DNA of 64,000 bases, taken from positions 1 through 64,000 of IMG/VR virus record IMGVR_UViG_3300043410_001789, one strand, 5' to 3'. Below are positions 30,578-41,251 of this stretch, in pieces. This DNA comes from a virus. Both the position numbers and the translations under genes were made by a program. How positions within the stretch are numbered: position 1 is the stretch's first letter; each line of letters begins with the position of its first letter. Under the pieces are notes generated by a model. It had not been told where the DNA came from and searched no databases. It was given only the letters and a program-made list of their open reading frames with translations.

Positions 30578-31522
30578 TTATTTTAGCATACCTGAGATAA
30601 CTTTGTCAAATGATTCGTCAATATTTTTTATTGCTTCATCTGACATATCTCCAATATCTTTATATTGTTTATCTAATTTAATAACGCTAACACGAGAGCC
30701 AAGACGTTCTACGATCTTTTCTTTCATGTTACCGCCTGCTTCATCATTATCAGCAATAACGATTATGTTATTGAAGTATTTTTGTAGTAGGTCTGTTTGG
30801 AAATTGGATACATTGGCACCCAATGTCGCTACCGCTGGAAAACCGCATTGGTCTAGGCGAATAGCATCGAATGATGATTCTACCACATAGACCTTTCCTG
30901 CAGTCTTTACACGGTGAAGATTAAATAGGACCTTGCTTTTTGGCAATCCTGGAGTATTCTTAAAATCTTTGCCCTCAACAGAACGACCAACAAATCCAAC
31001 CTCAGTTCCATCTGGTGAATGAACTGGAATCGTAACCATATCTTGCTTGTCGGAGTATCCGAGGCTAAACTTTTTAACAGAGTCTTCTGTAATTGATCTA
31101 CCAGAATAGTAACGCATAGCACGTGGGGACTCAAGTGCTTGCTGGTTTAGTCTTTTAATTAAAACCTGATCATACTGAACATAGTCTGGCTTTTCAATAA
31201 GCTTGACATTAATTTCATCTTCAAGATTTGATTCTGTTTCTTTTGACTTAATAAAGCGTACCGCTTCAAAGTAACTTCTGCCAGAAACATGCATTACTAG
31301 TTCTACCATATCGCAAACGTGCTGGCAAGAAAAACAAAAGAAGAATCCAGTATTTTTGTCAACTTCTCCTGCTGGAGAACGGTGATTATTGTGGAATGGA
31401 CAAAAGATAATATAGTCTGAATCTACTTCTGATTCGATTGTGATACCTGAGCCTGCGACAACTCGCTTGATTTGCTCTTTTGTATAGGAACTACCCTTGT
31501 TCCATCTATTCCTTGTATCCAC
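30578..31522 (-). CDS. DNA primase (CHC2 zinc finger plus TOPRIM)
   Basis: CPFH...CFSC, VVESSFD, ADNDEAG, KDIGD. Confidence 0.9.
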   Translation of the reverse strand: MDTRNRWNKGSSYTKEQIKRVVAGSGITIESEVDSDYIIFCPFHNNHRSPAGEVDKNTGFFFCFSCQHVCDMVELVMHVSGRSYFEAVRFIKSKETESNLEDEINVKLIEKPDYVQYDQVLIKRLNQQALESPRAMRYYSGRSITEDSVKKFSLGYSDKQDMVTIPVHSPDGTEVGFVGRSVEGKDFKNTPGLPKSKVLFNLHRVKTAGKVYVVESSFDAIRLDQCGFPAVATLGANVSNFQTDLLQKYFNNIIVIADNDEAGGNMKEKIVERLGSRVSVIKLDKQYKDIGDMSDEAIKNIDESFDKVISGMLK

Positions 31523-31767
31523 TCTGCCTGCTTTTTTCCTAAATATATTCCGTATACTGATAATGTAAATTCAAATATGTCTTTGATATCATTATACCGT
31601 ATTGTGAAGTCTGGGTCAAGCTCAAATTTTTGAACATATCCAGCCAGTCTCATTTCAGTCTCAATCAGTTTTATATATTCTGACCTTAATCTAGGGATGG
31701 CGGAGTCATCATGTATTACACCAGATAACGAAAACCTTTTTATGGGTTTATGATGCATATTGATCAT
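31423..31767 (-). CDS. Hypothetical protein overlapping the primase start
   Basis: Protein-like ORF with TATAAT 7 nt upstream of ATG 31767. Confidence 0.65.
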   Translation of the reverse strand: MINMHHKPIKRFSLSGVIHDDSAIPRLRSEYIKLIETEMRLAGYVQKFELDPDFTIRYNDIKDIFEFTLSVYGIYLGKKQAEWIQGIDGTRVVPIQKSKSSELSQAQVSQSNQK

Positions 31768-31781
31768 ACACATAATTATAA

Positions 31782-33002
31782 CTAGTTATCTTCGTAATCC
31801 TTGTACTTGTACCAGCCTTTATCAAAGTCTACCTGAACCAAGAACTCACCCATAAATCCATTTCGGTTTTTACGGAAAACACACTCAATAATATCTGAAT
31901 TGGTGCCACGACCCAAAGCCATTACCCAGTCAGCATCGTATGCAATCTGGCGTGACCAAGCAGTTTGTCCAAGTGTAGGAACTGTGTCCAGTTTAGTCAC
32001 ATCGTCTGGTGTAGCTGACGAGATAGCAATAATGGGAACCTCTTCTGCAATAGCCAAAAGTTTTAGCTCACGAGACAGGTTCTTCATGCGAACCGTTTCG
32101 TTATCTGACTTTTGGTTTGGACTCATAAGCTGTAGGTAGTCAACAATAATGAAGTCTGGTTTATACTGGTCAATCTTTCCTCTAATAACGCTTGGCGTTA
32201 CTTCTCCACCCTGGTCATTTGATATAATGTGAAATTCTGGTTTTCCAGCAAGTTCTTTTGAATGCCAACGCTTAAGATCGTCAATCTCTACCTGGCCATT
32301 TGATAGCTTGCGATGTGAGAATAGTCCCTCACCCATAATAGTAAATACACGGTTACGAACTTCTGTCTCACTCATTTCAAGCGAGATTACTAGTGGTGAC
32401 TTGCCCTGCTTCCATGCCTGGACTGCAAAGTATAGTGATAGCCAAGACTTACCAATACCTGGGTAGGCTAGGAAGACACCAAGCTGTCCTGGCATAATAC
32501 CAGCAGGTAGATAGTTATCAAATCCTGGAAGACCAGTCTTGATACCAATTGCACCAAGTTCTTGCTGTGCCTTTAGGTTTTGATAATAAGCAATAGCATC
32601 ATCAATATCTGTTACGTCAATATCACGAATTACGGCTGTATTCTTCTTAAGCTCTGATGTCTTTTGGATTAGTTCTTCTAGTGCTTTTGGACCTTCTCCA
32701 GCCTGCACCTCTGATGCAGCTGTTCTAATAATGTCCTTAATACTGTCGTTTAGGTATTCAGCCTGAAGTTCTTCTAGGTGATATTTTGTAGCACCAATAC
32801 CATCTACTGGGGCAAAGTCTCTAAATTTCTCTACTACTAAAGATACTGGTGGAACAGACGCATTCATTTCAGAGTAGTTGCGAATAAACTTCCAGATATC
32901 ATTATGTGTTCTCATAATGTTCTCAACGTTTGCTTGTAGCAAAACGTGCACCTGCTTATCCTGCAGTACTGCCGAAATTAGCTTAGCTTCTGTATTACTC
33001 AT
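31782..33002 (-). CDS. DnaB-like replicative helicase
   Basis: AYPGIGKS, SLEM, IVDYLQLM, IAYDAD, KNRNG. Confidence 0.92.
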   Translation of the reverse strand: MSNTEAKLISAVLQDKQVHVLLQANVENIMRTHNDIWKFIRNYSEMNASVPPVSLVVEKFRDFAPVDGIGATKYHLEELQAEYLNDSIKDIIRTAASEVQAGEGPKALEELIQKTSELKKNTAVIRDIDVTDIDDAIAYYQNLKAQQELGAIGIKTGLPGFDNYLPAGIMPGQLGVFLAYPGIGKSWLSLYFAVQAWKQGKSPLVISLEMSETEVRNRVFTIMGEGLFSHRKLSNGQVEIDDLKRWHSKELAGKPEFHIISNDQGGEVTPSVIRGKIDQYKPDFIIVDYLQLMSPNQKSDNETVRMKNLSRELKLLAIAEEVPIIAISSATPDDVTKLDTVPTLGQTAWSRQIAYDADWVMALGRGTNSDIIECVFRKNRNGFMGEFLVQVDFDKGWYKYKDYEDN

Positions 33003-33303
33003 TTAACCACTGCTGTGCCATCTTCCTACGCACAGCCCTCTCATTAATGTCGTTTTGGATTTGCTCACGTTTTTCAATTATGTCGTGAGCATAGTTTGCA
33101 AAATATTTCCATGCTGGATTTTGTGCTACCTGAAAATAATATTCTAGCAGATCATAGCAAAATGGTAAACCATAGGATTCAATTAGGGCATCTGCTGCCC
33201 ATTGTTCTACATTCAGATTTAGCAATGGCTTTGATTCATAGTGCTGTGAGTGCAGCTTAGAATATCTTGAAAGCAAAGCCATGCGGTCTTTGCGTTCTGC
33301 CAT
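32995..33303 (-). CDS. Hypothetical protein
   Basis: Coupled ORF upstream of the helicase. Confidence 0.65.
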   Translation of the reverse strand: MAERKDRMALLSRYSKLHSQHYESKPLLNLNVEQWAADALIESYGLPFCYDLLEYYFQVAQNPAWKYFANYAHDIIEKREQIQNDINERAVRRKMAQQWLNE

Positions 33304-33512
33304 TACTTACTCTCTATCTCCGAAGCAGCCTCTTGAACCTTTTCTGATAGCTTGGCCTCTACAAAGTTATAGACACGCTCAAAAGCATCATTAATATTTT
33401 CTCCCTCACGGCGATTATCTGTTACAGATAGATCAATGCGTAGTGATTGAAAGTTGCCCAAATTGAGCGTATACCCAAGGCCTACAGATACCTTAGTTTC
33501 TTCGTTATTCAT
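33303..33512 (-). CDS. Hypothetical protein
   Basis: GYTLNLGNFQSLRID motif; coupled. Confidence 0.65.
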   Translation of the reverse strand: MNNEETKVSVGLGYTLNLGNFQSLRIDLSVTDNRREGENINDAFERVYNFVEAKLSEKVQEAASEIESK

Positions 33513-33534
33513 ACCCTGTTCCTTTCAAGAACAA

Positions 33535-34074
33535 TTAAATTGATTCTGACCAAATCGGGATATAGCGTCCGTCTTCAGTTCTTGTATAAGTCAGTATACC
33601 ATCTCCCATACGCCTTGTCAACTCTTGTCTTGTGGGAGTTATGTCATTAGTAATTAACTTATCATTACGTGGCCTACCAATATGATAGGTAGCAAGTATA
33701 TCACGAATTTCTCTAACTTGCGACTCTGAATAATAAGATCTTACTTGCCATCCAGTTGCCCCACCTTTTTGAGATCCTGTGGGAAATGGGATCACGCCAC
33801 GATTCATTAAATTTGGCATATATTTTTTGTGTCTATTGACTAACTGTGCTGTTTCTCCAACAGTGTAGGCTCTTTCACGATTTTTCTTAAAATCATTAAT
33901 TAAACAACTTTCAATCTGATCTTTTGTAATATTATAGACAGACATTATGCCATTTGATTTATTTAAATGGTGTACCCTGACAAGATCTCCATTCAGAAAC
34001 CAGACTTTTTTACTGCCAGGGATGACTGGGGCATCATTATAACCATCATCACCTATGGAACCTCTTTTGGTCAT
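33535..34074 (-). CDS. MerR-like HTH DNA-binding protein
   Basis: YTVGETAQLVNRH...RSYYSESQV. Confidence 0.55.
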   Translation of the reverse strand: MTKRGSIGDDGYNDAPVIPGSKKVWFLNGDLVRVHHLNKSNGIMSVYNITKDQIESCLINDFKKNRERAYTVGETAQLVNRHKKYMPNLMNRGVIPFPTGSQKGGATGWQVRSYYSESQVREIRDILATYHIGRPRNDKLITNDITPTRQELTRRMGDGILTYTRTEDGRYIPIWSESI

Positions 34075-34079
34075 GGTAA

Positions 34080-34532
34080 TTAGTTTCCAGGTATACCTAC
34101 AACAATTAGGTTAACTCCAACTGATACGTCACCAGCTGAGTTAAATCTTACAACACCGAATACTTTAGAGGTGCTAACCTCTTTAATAACTACTGATAGG
34201 TTTTGTCCTGCAGTTGTCTTTTTAATATTAACTGGTGTAGCAGTAACAATTGGAGCATAGGCAAATTCTCCAACCTGAAAATCGTATGAGAATTCTTTTT
34301 CAAATCCAGCAGTCACAGTTGTGTTTGAAACAACATCAACATAGCCACCAATTATTCTAGCATCTGAGGTTCTAACGCTTTGTCTACCAGAAGCTGGTGT
34401 ATCTACTGTTACATATTTGTATGATGATGTTGGCATGACCGAAGCAGCAATATTGTTTACAGCTGTAACAATGTCTGAAATATAGGTTAGGTCAATTGGT
34501 TGACCTCGTTGTGGTAGTGGTAGTTTAGCCAT
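34080..34532 (-). CDS. Tail-associated protein (H-type lectin-like)
   Basis: PQRGQP N-terminus, F.YAPIVTAT...VNLIVVG; end of tail module. Confidence 0.55.
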   Translation of the reverse strand: MAKLPLPQRGQPIDLTYISDIVTAVNNIAASVMPTSSYKYVTVDTPASGRQSVRTSDARIIGGYVDVVSNTTVTAGFEKEFSYDFQVGEFAYAPIVTATPVNIKKTTAGQNLSVVIKEVSTSKVFGVVRFNSAGDVSVGVNLIVVGIPGN

Positions 34533-34565
34533 AGTATAAGTATATCATTAAACTCTATAGAATAC

Positions 34566-34724
34566 CTAGTTTTTAGGTAATATGTATATTGGAGACCAGT
34601 GTGATGCCCTGTTTTTATCTTCAGAGATTATTCTAAATCTAAGTACAACACTGTTTGGCACTGTAGTAGATGCTGGAATATTGGCACTAGGGATAACGAC
34701 TTTCTTTATATTTTCAGTTGCCAT
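34566..34724 (-). CDS. Small hypothetical tail-module protein (52 aa)
   Basis: Not in track. MATENIKKVVIP...LRFRIISEDKNRASHWSPIYILPKN; TAATG coupling. Confidence 0.65.
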   Translation of the reverse strand: MATENIKKVVIPSANIPASTTVPNSVVLRFRIISEDKNRASHWSPIYILPKN

Positions 34725-35875
34725 TACTGTACCGCCATTGCAAATCTAAATTCTATGAAATTTGAAGTATTGGCTAGCTTAACAACTGTTTGACCATCTG
34801 AGGTTCTTATAGCTGAGTAACCAACTAATCCATAGAGTGGGTTGGTAGATGAAACATTTTCTAGCCTAATGGCATCTAGAGCTACATAGAAATCCTGAGT
34901 TGGCTCTCCATTGTTAATTACAGAAGCATAAATTCTTACAACATCTACAGAATTCCAAGTAAAGTCGGAGCTAGTAACTAGATTTTTGAGTTGGGTAGTT
35001 GCCAAGAAATATCTATTTGATGAAAAATCTACATCATCTACTCCATCCTCCAACATAAACTCAAAATTACAATATGCTGCATTCTCTGACTCAGATGATG
35101 CGAACTGTACCAAAATCTTTACAGCATCTGGATTTCCAAAATCAAGTTCTTTATTAACAATAGAAAAGGCTAATCTCAATTCATCTTCTGGTGAATTTTT
35201 GCTTAGATCTATATTTTGACCAGTAACATGTATATGATCTGATGCTGTTGTTGGTTGCCAAGGTGAGGATGTAGAATTTATTTCTGAAGTGTCTCCAGAT
35301 ATCATAATAATATTATTTAAAAATCTAGATCTTTCATATCTAGCAATTCTGTCAGTATCTCCAAAAACTCTATTATCTGCATTGGTATAGAAAACCTTTG
35401 GGAGCAATCCCTTGCTTATGTCAGCATCATCATAAATATTGTTATCATTGTTATCTCCATCTAGTGGACCATACCTTTGCTGAATGGTGTTTGGGGATAC
35501 TCCATGCTGGTGATATAACCATCCATCTTCTATAGAGAATGAATATAGTGTTTTGCTATCATATAGTCCTAGGGCTGGATCAGATGCTGCTGAGTATATT
35601 CCAACTTCGGTAATTTCATATCTTTCTTCTGATGGAAGTTCAGCAGTTAGAACTACTTTTGATATACCGTTTTCAGTTACATAACCTCTGGAAACGATTG
35701 GAACTCTAAACATTTCCATGTCCAGATTTGTTTTATTTGAAAAATCTACTGCTCCTGGAGTAAGTGAATTATTAATTGGATTTGAACCACAACCAACAGC
35801 AACATATGACGCATAGGCTGGAGTCTGACCAATAAGATATTTGGCCATAATTGACTTTCCTGTGTTAGTTATCAT
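34724..35875 (-). CDS. Minor tail / baseplate protein
   Basis: MITNTGK...YVAVG...ITEVGIY tail-collar-like motif. Confidence 0.65.
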   Translation of the reverse strand: MITNTGKSIMAKYLIGQTPAYASYVAVGCGSNPINNSLTPGAVDFSNKTNLDMEMFRVPIVSRGYVTENGISKVVLTAELPSEERYEITEVGIYSAASDPALGLYDSKTLYSFSIEDGWLYHQHGVSPNTIQQRYGPLDGDNNDNNIYDDADISKGLLPKVFYTNADNRVFGDTDRIARYERSRFLNNIIMISGDTSEINSTSSPWQPTTASDHIHVTGQNIDLSKNSPEDELRLAFSIVNKELDFGNPDAVKILVQFASSESENAAYCNFEFMLEDGVDDVDFSSNRYFLATTQLKNLVTSSDFTWNSVDVVRIYASVINNGEPTQDFYVALDAIRLENVSSTNPLYGLVGYSAIRTSDGQTVVKLANTSNFIEFRFAMAVQ

Positions 35876-35884
35876 AATGTTCTC

Positions 35885-36343
35885 CTAATATATTGTATCA
35901 TCTAGAATGCTTCCAGAGGTAATAAACTCAATCTCTACCTGTTCATCTTTTGCTATATTTGCCAAAGATATTATCAGGTTGTTGTTTGCATCCAACTGAA
36001 CTGGCTTTACGCTGTTTGGCATTTTGTTTTGTAAGTCTATGCTAAAGTTTAAAAAATGTGAGTCTGAAGTGGCACCCAAAGCAAGTAGATTCTTTGCATT
36101 ATATTGATATGAAATATAAGACAAATTTTTAATTGGCTGATATACAACATTTTGACCATTTATTAGATCATTTCTAGATATATTAATAATCTCTTGCCCA
36201 CCGATATCTTCAAAGATTAAATCGGTCATCATTTCAATAGGCATTTCAGAATCATTTTGAAGGATAATGTCTGGCCTAGCTATTTTGATTGCTGGCATTG
36301 ATGGTGACACACCTGTTGGCAAATTAGGTACTGCATCTACCAT
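35885..36343 (-). CDS. Minor tail protein
   Basis: Position in tail operon. Confidence 0.55.
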   Translation of the reverse strand: MVDAVPNLPTGVSPSMPAIKIARPDIILQNDSEMPIEMMTDLIFEDIGGQEIINISRNDLINGQNVVYQPIKNLSYISYQYNAKNLLALGATSDSHFLNFSIDLQNKMPNSVKPVQLDANNNLIISLANIAKDEQVEIEFITSGSILDDTIY

Positions 36344-39300
36344 TATGCTACCTCACTTAAGAATATTGTCATTTTGGGTCCACTAGAATCTTTAGAATAC
36401 TCAATATTATACACTATAAACCTTGTATCCTTTGAAGCGATTTCACGGTTGTCTTTTGGCGTAGTATAGTCTATCTTGACTATATCCCCAAGTTGAATAG
36501 TTGGCATAGCAAAAACAGACAATCCTACAGACTTTCTTGGTTTCATTACCCTATCAACTATCCATCCCATTAGTTGTTTTGCATCATCTTGGCTTTGGAT
36601 ATATGGTGCTTCAAGGGAGAATTCTTTATTCCCATATGTGAATCTACTTGAACGAATATCGTTAAATCTTTCTTTTAACTTAAGTGGTGAATAGGCATTT
36701 TCTATTTTACCTAGTCCAGTTTGTGATAGATCAGATACGCTATTAAAGTAGTTATCTACTGTTAACTCATTAGTTGTTTGTTGTGTAAAGGTTACTCCCT
36801 GGATTCTTAGGTAGTTACCGCTAGCTGAGTCAAGGCTTAATGCAAAATCAGTACAGTTAAATACTAGGAACTCTGCACCATATGGGGATGGCTTAAAGCC
36901 AGATACAGCATACCCCTTTAGTCTATTGAATGTTGGAGAAATCTGTGCACTCAATGCAGGAAAAGCTTTGTCATATTTAATATTAAAATAAGATGCTTCT
37001 CTTAGAATTGTTCCAAATTCTTCGAAATAAATATCATGTGTTGGCGGTTCTGATGCACTAATACCTGATAAGTATGTTGATTGAAGAACTCCACTAAGAG
37101 CATATTTTCTGAATGACTCACTTGCAAGAATTTCATTCATATCAAATACGTTACTTGCAGGAAGATCACTAGCAAAGTTAGTTGTCTTTGAATAGTTATT
37201 TGCTAGAGCATATATGTTTTCAAAGTAGCATCTTGCCGAGCCACGAATAAATAGGGCTGCATTATTGTATACAGGCAATGGATCTGTATCTTCTACAACT
37301 GCTACCATTGTATTATTTATATATAGATAAAATTTACGAATAGCTCCAACGTCTTCATATTCCACAGATAGGTCATATACTGATGTCTTATCTTCTCCAA
37401 CAATTCTTGACTGCCCTGTAAATCTTCCATCATCAACGTTGATTCCTGTAAGTCCTGCCCAAAGCCTAATTGGTACAGCAATGTCCTTGTCTGAGGTTGC
37501 AGAGTTATTTCTTTTTACTTTATAAAAAAGAACGTTATAGATATTGTTAGCCGTTGAGCTAGAACTAAATGAGTTTTGTGTAAGTGCAGCTATTTCAAAA
37601 TAGTATCCGTTGTTGGTTTTTGGATTTATTAATACCGCCAAACCTCCAGAAGATCCACCAACCTTTACTGACTCATTAGCTGTTGCACCATTAATGCTGA
37701 AGTAAGATGATCCACCAAATGGAGATTGATCCTGGGTTTCATTATTTTCAACTCTACCAATAATTCTCATTCTTGTTCCAAAGTGCTTAAACTTAGAATT
37801 CATTGGCTTGTATACATAAGATACATAGTCTACTGGGTTTTCAGTAGTTGTAAAGGCTGGTCCAGTCATTACAAGTGCAGACGATTGTACTGTGGCAGAT
37901 TGAGTTGCTGTTAATTCGTTAACATTTGATTCACTCAGGTTAGAGGAACTCATGAAGTTCCTTATGATTCCATTTCGGGTTGTCTTATTTGCTATATCAG
38001 TTATTCCTGCTGCACCTAGCTTAGTTGCAGGAACGTCTGTATCTGAGAATAAAGCTGAGAAGTTCATCTGACAACCCTTAATGTTGTCATTATTTCTCCA
38101 GTATTCTGATAGTCCTGCTTGGTGTGTTGTAATAGTAGTCCCAAACTGTCCACGACCATGCTTAGCTACTGGACCATTAAGATATTGTGTTTTTCCATCT
38201 ACAGTTTCATAGTTTGGTTCTGCATAGATTCGTATTAGTCCTGTTGGAAATATCTTTGCATTAAATGGTAATTTAGAAAAATAGTTTGCGTATTCCTGTT
38301 CATCCCTGATCCAAACATTTGACTGTCCAGAAACTCCAGGCACACTATACTGTACTGCATCGTACTTAATGACTTCACCGTTAGCATAAAAATATCCATT
38401 GTTTCTGGTGATCCAATAAATACCTTCGCCAAGATCAATGGTATTATTTACAATTGTATTGTTTTTAACCTGTGGCACATCCGCCGTGAGTGTGGTATTG
38501 AGTGGGATAGCAGAAAGAGTATATGCAGATTGCTGTGACACGACACCATTCATAGACTTGGTATTGTTTGTTCCAGTAACTTCCCAAAGTAATGCTGGCT
38601 TGTATATCCAAGTTTTTTCTTTATCTAACAAACTTGATTGTCTGAGAGACCCATAAGACTTCTGAATAGATCTTTCAGCATAGTTTATCTTTCCATTATT
38701 AAACACCTTAGTATCCTGTGATGATATTTCAAGGATAGACTGTGGCGATAGGGTTGCAACCGATGGCCTATTTGCTTCTGATGCCAACATATAGTCTTTG
38801 GTCATTACTACCAAATTATTATATTCATCAAAGAACATTGCACTTTGTGTTGAGACTGCCAAGTCGTTTAGAATTTTAGCAATAGTTTGATTTGGTCCAA
38901 CAATAAAATTGGCTATAACTGGATCTTTTTCTGTAGCTAATCTCTTAAATACATAATTAGAAAATCCAACACCATCTAGTAGTGTTGATACTGCATAACT
39001 AAGCGATACATTTTGCAAGAAAAATTCTGGTGAAATTGTTGACTCAAAATAAAAGAATGCATCTCTTAGATTAATAGATACTTCTCGTTTAGAAGAATTG
39101 ATGCTTGGAAGGTTTTCTGAATATAGTGTTTTTATTGGTATGGTATAGTCATAGTCTCCTACCGCTAATACCGTTTCAAAAAATTTTATCTGAATATTAT
39201 TATTTACATCAAATCCAGACACAAGGCTATCTTTATTAGATGGATTAAATGCTTCATCAACATCAAATAGGCTGAGTGATCCCACTGAAGCTAAAAGCTG

Positions 39301-40584
39301 ACCAACAGGCATTCCACTAATTCCCAAATCTGATGCTGACTTTGTTACAGAATAGTTTAAGGTGATGTCTGAAATATCAGCTACTAGTCTTGGTGATATT
39401 TCAATTAAGTCAAAAGTAGAGTCTATCTTGTTCATAGTTTTAACAACTAACCTTACTCCAGATAGAGTATCTACTTCTCTACTGATTGGCACCGAAGCTC
39501 CAGAAGGAATAAAGGTTTGATTGTTAATTAGGCTAGATGCACAGTTGTGTGTTTTTGGGGTTTCGTCATATACTGACCATCCATATTCTGGAACAAAAGA
39601 CTCATACTGCGTACCAGTCCAAAAATAAATTTTACCAATATCTGTTGATGATTTTTTAATTAGATATGATGCACCAGCTATATTAGATCCTGGAAGTAAT
39701 GATTCGTGAGCTATTTCTCCAAGATAATTAAAACTATTGTAGTATGGCTGTGGAATAATTATTCCATATGATAGCTCAAGGTATCCATCGCTATTTATAA
39801 TTGGGGTTCCATCCCATCGTAATGAATTGGCATCGAATGATGCTATGTCTACCCATGAATTATTTTTAAGTATTTGCACTTTCCATTCACTGGGCACAGT
39901 CATATTACCAGAACCAAAGAATGGGTCTGCAAAGTTACCAGAATTATCAACAAATGGACCTAGATCGATATCTCCAACATTTGTCTGCATCTTTATGACA
40001 ATCCTATTTACAAAAACCTCATTATCATAAACTACAAATGGAGCTGTATCGTCAATATAGTATTTGCCACGAACTACGTTTTTGGAAATTCCTCGCTCAA
40101 CATTGCCATCTGTTCTATATGATGTCCAATACTTAAAGGCATCATTTTTATTTGCCATATAGTATCGTGGTCTTCTTGACATATCTTGGTTTGAATAACC
40201 TAGATGCTTACCGTCAAAATATCTTACCTTATTAATTCCAGACCTTGGTCTAAACTTTCCAAAACAACTTTCTAGAGAAAATAAGAGTCCTTCTTTTTTA
40301 TTTGGCAATGTAAAAAATGCTGGAGTGTCATCATTATTTAATCCACCATCTATAATAATGTCTGCATCTGTAGCACCAGTATAGAACTGACCGCTATCAT
40401 CAATATCAAAAGTATTGGTGATTGTGTAGTATTTACTTTCAGTTGCCAGGGGGCGATATCTGTAGTTACCAATCTTTCGTATATTATTGGCACCATTTAA
40501 ATTCCATTCTGCAGTAATAAAAGATTGTGTTCTAACAACAGACGATGTTTCTAGATGGCTTTGTAAATCTTTATCAACAAACAT
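36343..40584 (-). CDS. Large minor tail / hub protein
   Basis: 1413 aa, second gene after tape measure; FFDEYNNL; PTIQLGDIV. Confidence 0.7.
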   Translation of the reverse strand: MFVDKDLQSHLETSSVVRTQSFITAEWNLNGANNIRKIGNYRYRPLATESKYYTITNTFDIDDSGQFYTGATDADIIIDGGLNNDDTPAFFTLPNKKEGLLFSLESCFGKFRPRSGINKVRYFDGKHLGYSNQDMSRRPRYYMANKNDAFKYWTSYRTDGNVERGISKNVVRGKYYIDDTAPFVVYDNEVFVNRIVIKMQTNVGDIDLGPFVDNSGNFADPFFGSGNMTVPSEWKVQILKNNSWVDIASFDANSLRWDGTPIINSDGYLELSYGIIIPQPYYNSFNYLGEIAHESLLPGSNIAGASYLIKKSSTDIGKIYFWTGTQYESFVPEYGWSVYDETPKTHNCASSLINNQTFIPSGASVPISREVDTLSGVRLVVKTMNKIDSTFDLIEISPRLVADISDITLNYSVTKSASDLGISGMPVGQLLASVGSLSLFDVDEAFNPSNKDSLVSGFDVNNNIQIKFFETVLAVGDYDYTIPIKTLYSENLPSINSSKREVSINLRDAFFYFESTISPEFFLQNVSLSYAVSTLLDGVGFSNYVFKRLATEKDPVIANFIVGPNQTIAKILNDLAVSTQSAMFFDEYNNLVVMTKDYMLASEANRPSVATLSPQSILEISSQDTKVFNNGKINYAERSIQKSYGSLRQSSLLDKEKTWIYKPALLWEVTGTNNTKSMNGVVSQQSAYTLSAIPLNTTLTADVPQVKNNTIVNNTIDLGEGIYWITRNNGYFYANGEVIKYDAVQYSVPGVSGQSNVWIRDEQEYANYFSKLPFNAKIFPTGLIRIYAEPNYETVDGKTQYLNGPVAKHGRGQFGTTITTHQAGLSEYWRNNDNIKGCQMNFSALFSDTDVPATKLGAAGITDIANKTTRNGIIRNFMSSSNLSESNVNELTATQSATVQSSALVMTGPAFTTTENPVDYVSYVYKPMNSKFKHFGTRMRIIGRVENNETQDQSPFGGSSYFSINGATANESVKVGGSSGGLAVLINPKTNNGYYFEIAALTQNSFSSSSTANNIYNVLFYKVKRNNSATSDKDIAVPIRLWAGLTGINVDDGRFTGQSRIVGEDKTSVYDLSVEYEDVGAIRKFYLYINNTMVAVVEDTDPLPVYNNAALFIRGSARCYFENIYALANNYSKTTNFASDLPASNVFDMNEILASESFRKYALSGVLQSTYLSGISASEPPTHDIYFEEFGTILREASYFNIKYDKAFPALSAQISPTFNRLKGYAVSGFKPSPYGAEFLVFNCTDFALSLDSASGNYLRIQGVTFTQQTTNELTVDNYFNSVSDLSQTGLGKIENAYSPLKLKERFNDIRSSRFTYGNKEFSLEAPYIQSQDDAKQLMGWIVDRVMKPRKSVGLSVFAMPTIQLGDIVKIDYTTPKDNREIASKDTRFIVYNIEYSKDSSGPKMTIFLSEVA

Positions 40585-40585
40585 T

Positions 40586-41251
40586 TTAAGCCTCTTCTAG
40601 TGTAATAGAGACATTCCACATGTCGTGGTTACTTCCTCCACGACTAACAACTGAATATGAGAAGTCTGAAATGAACATTTCAATTACTTCATTATATTGG
40701 GATAGATTATTTGTTGCTGAAGATGGCCAGGGCAAGCCAAGTTCTTTATAGTTATCATATGCAAGAAATACCCAGAAAGATCCTTGGTGGTTGTTATACC
40801 AATCCAGTAGTTCTACTCCACCAGCACCACCATCAGTAGTGTATCTTGAATCTGGTTGAGCTGGATTGCCAGAAGAATATCCAGTAGTTGGAGCACCTGA
40901 TGTAGTATTAAATCCAGCATTATCAGAAAATGCTCTAGATGGAAGCATGTCCCAAGATATAGAAAGTTCCATTTTATCTGCAATGTGGTACGAACGCATG
41001 CGACCATTGATAGTTCTTTGTCTGCTTTCGATCCTAGTTGGCTTAAAATCTAAGATTTTTCTATTGTCATCTGATAGGATCAAAAAGTTATTGACTAGTG
41101 ATATATCATCAATCATGGTGGGTTCGGTGCCAACCTCATATCCATCTGGTATCCAGAAATAACCATCCTTAGTTCCCTGGGTTTCAGAGAATAGGATTGC
41201 CTGTGGTCTAGAATACTTTCTTCTTCCAGCCAAGTATTGACTAGTTGCCAT
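40586..41251 (-). CDS. Distal-tail-like protein
   Basis: Directly follows tape measure; RTINGRMR, WNVSITLEE. Confidence 0.65.
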   Translation of the reverse strand: MATSQYLAGRRKYSRPQAILFSETQGTKDGYFWIPDGYEVGTEPTMIDDISLVNNFLILSDDNRKILDFKPTRIESRQRTINGRMRSYHIADKMELSISWDMLPSRAFSDNAGFNTTSGAPTTGYSSGNPAQPDSRYTTDGGAGGVELLDWYNNHQGSFWVFLAYDNYKELGLPWPSSATNNLSQYNEVIEMFISDFSYSVVSRGGSNHDMWNVSITLEEA

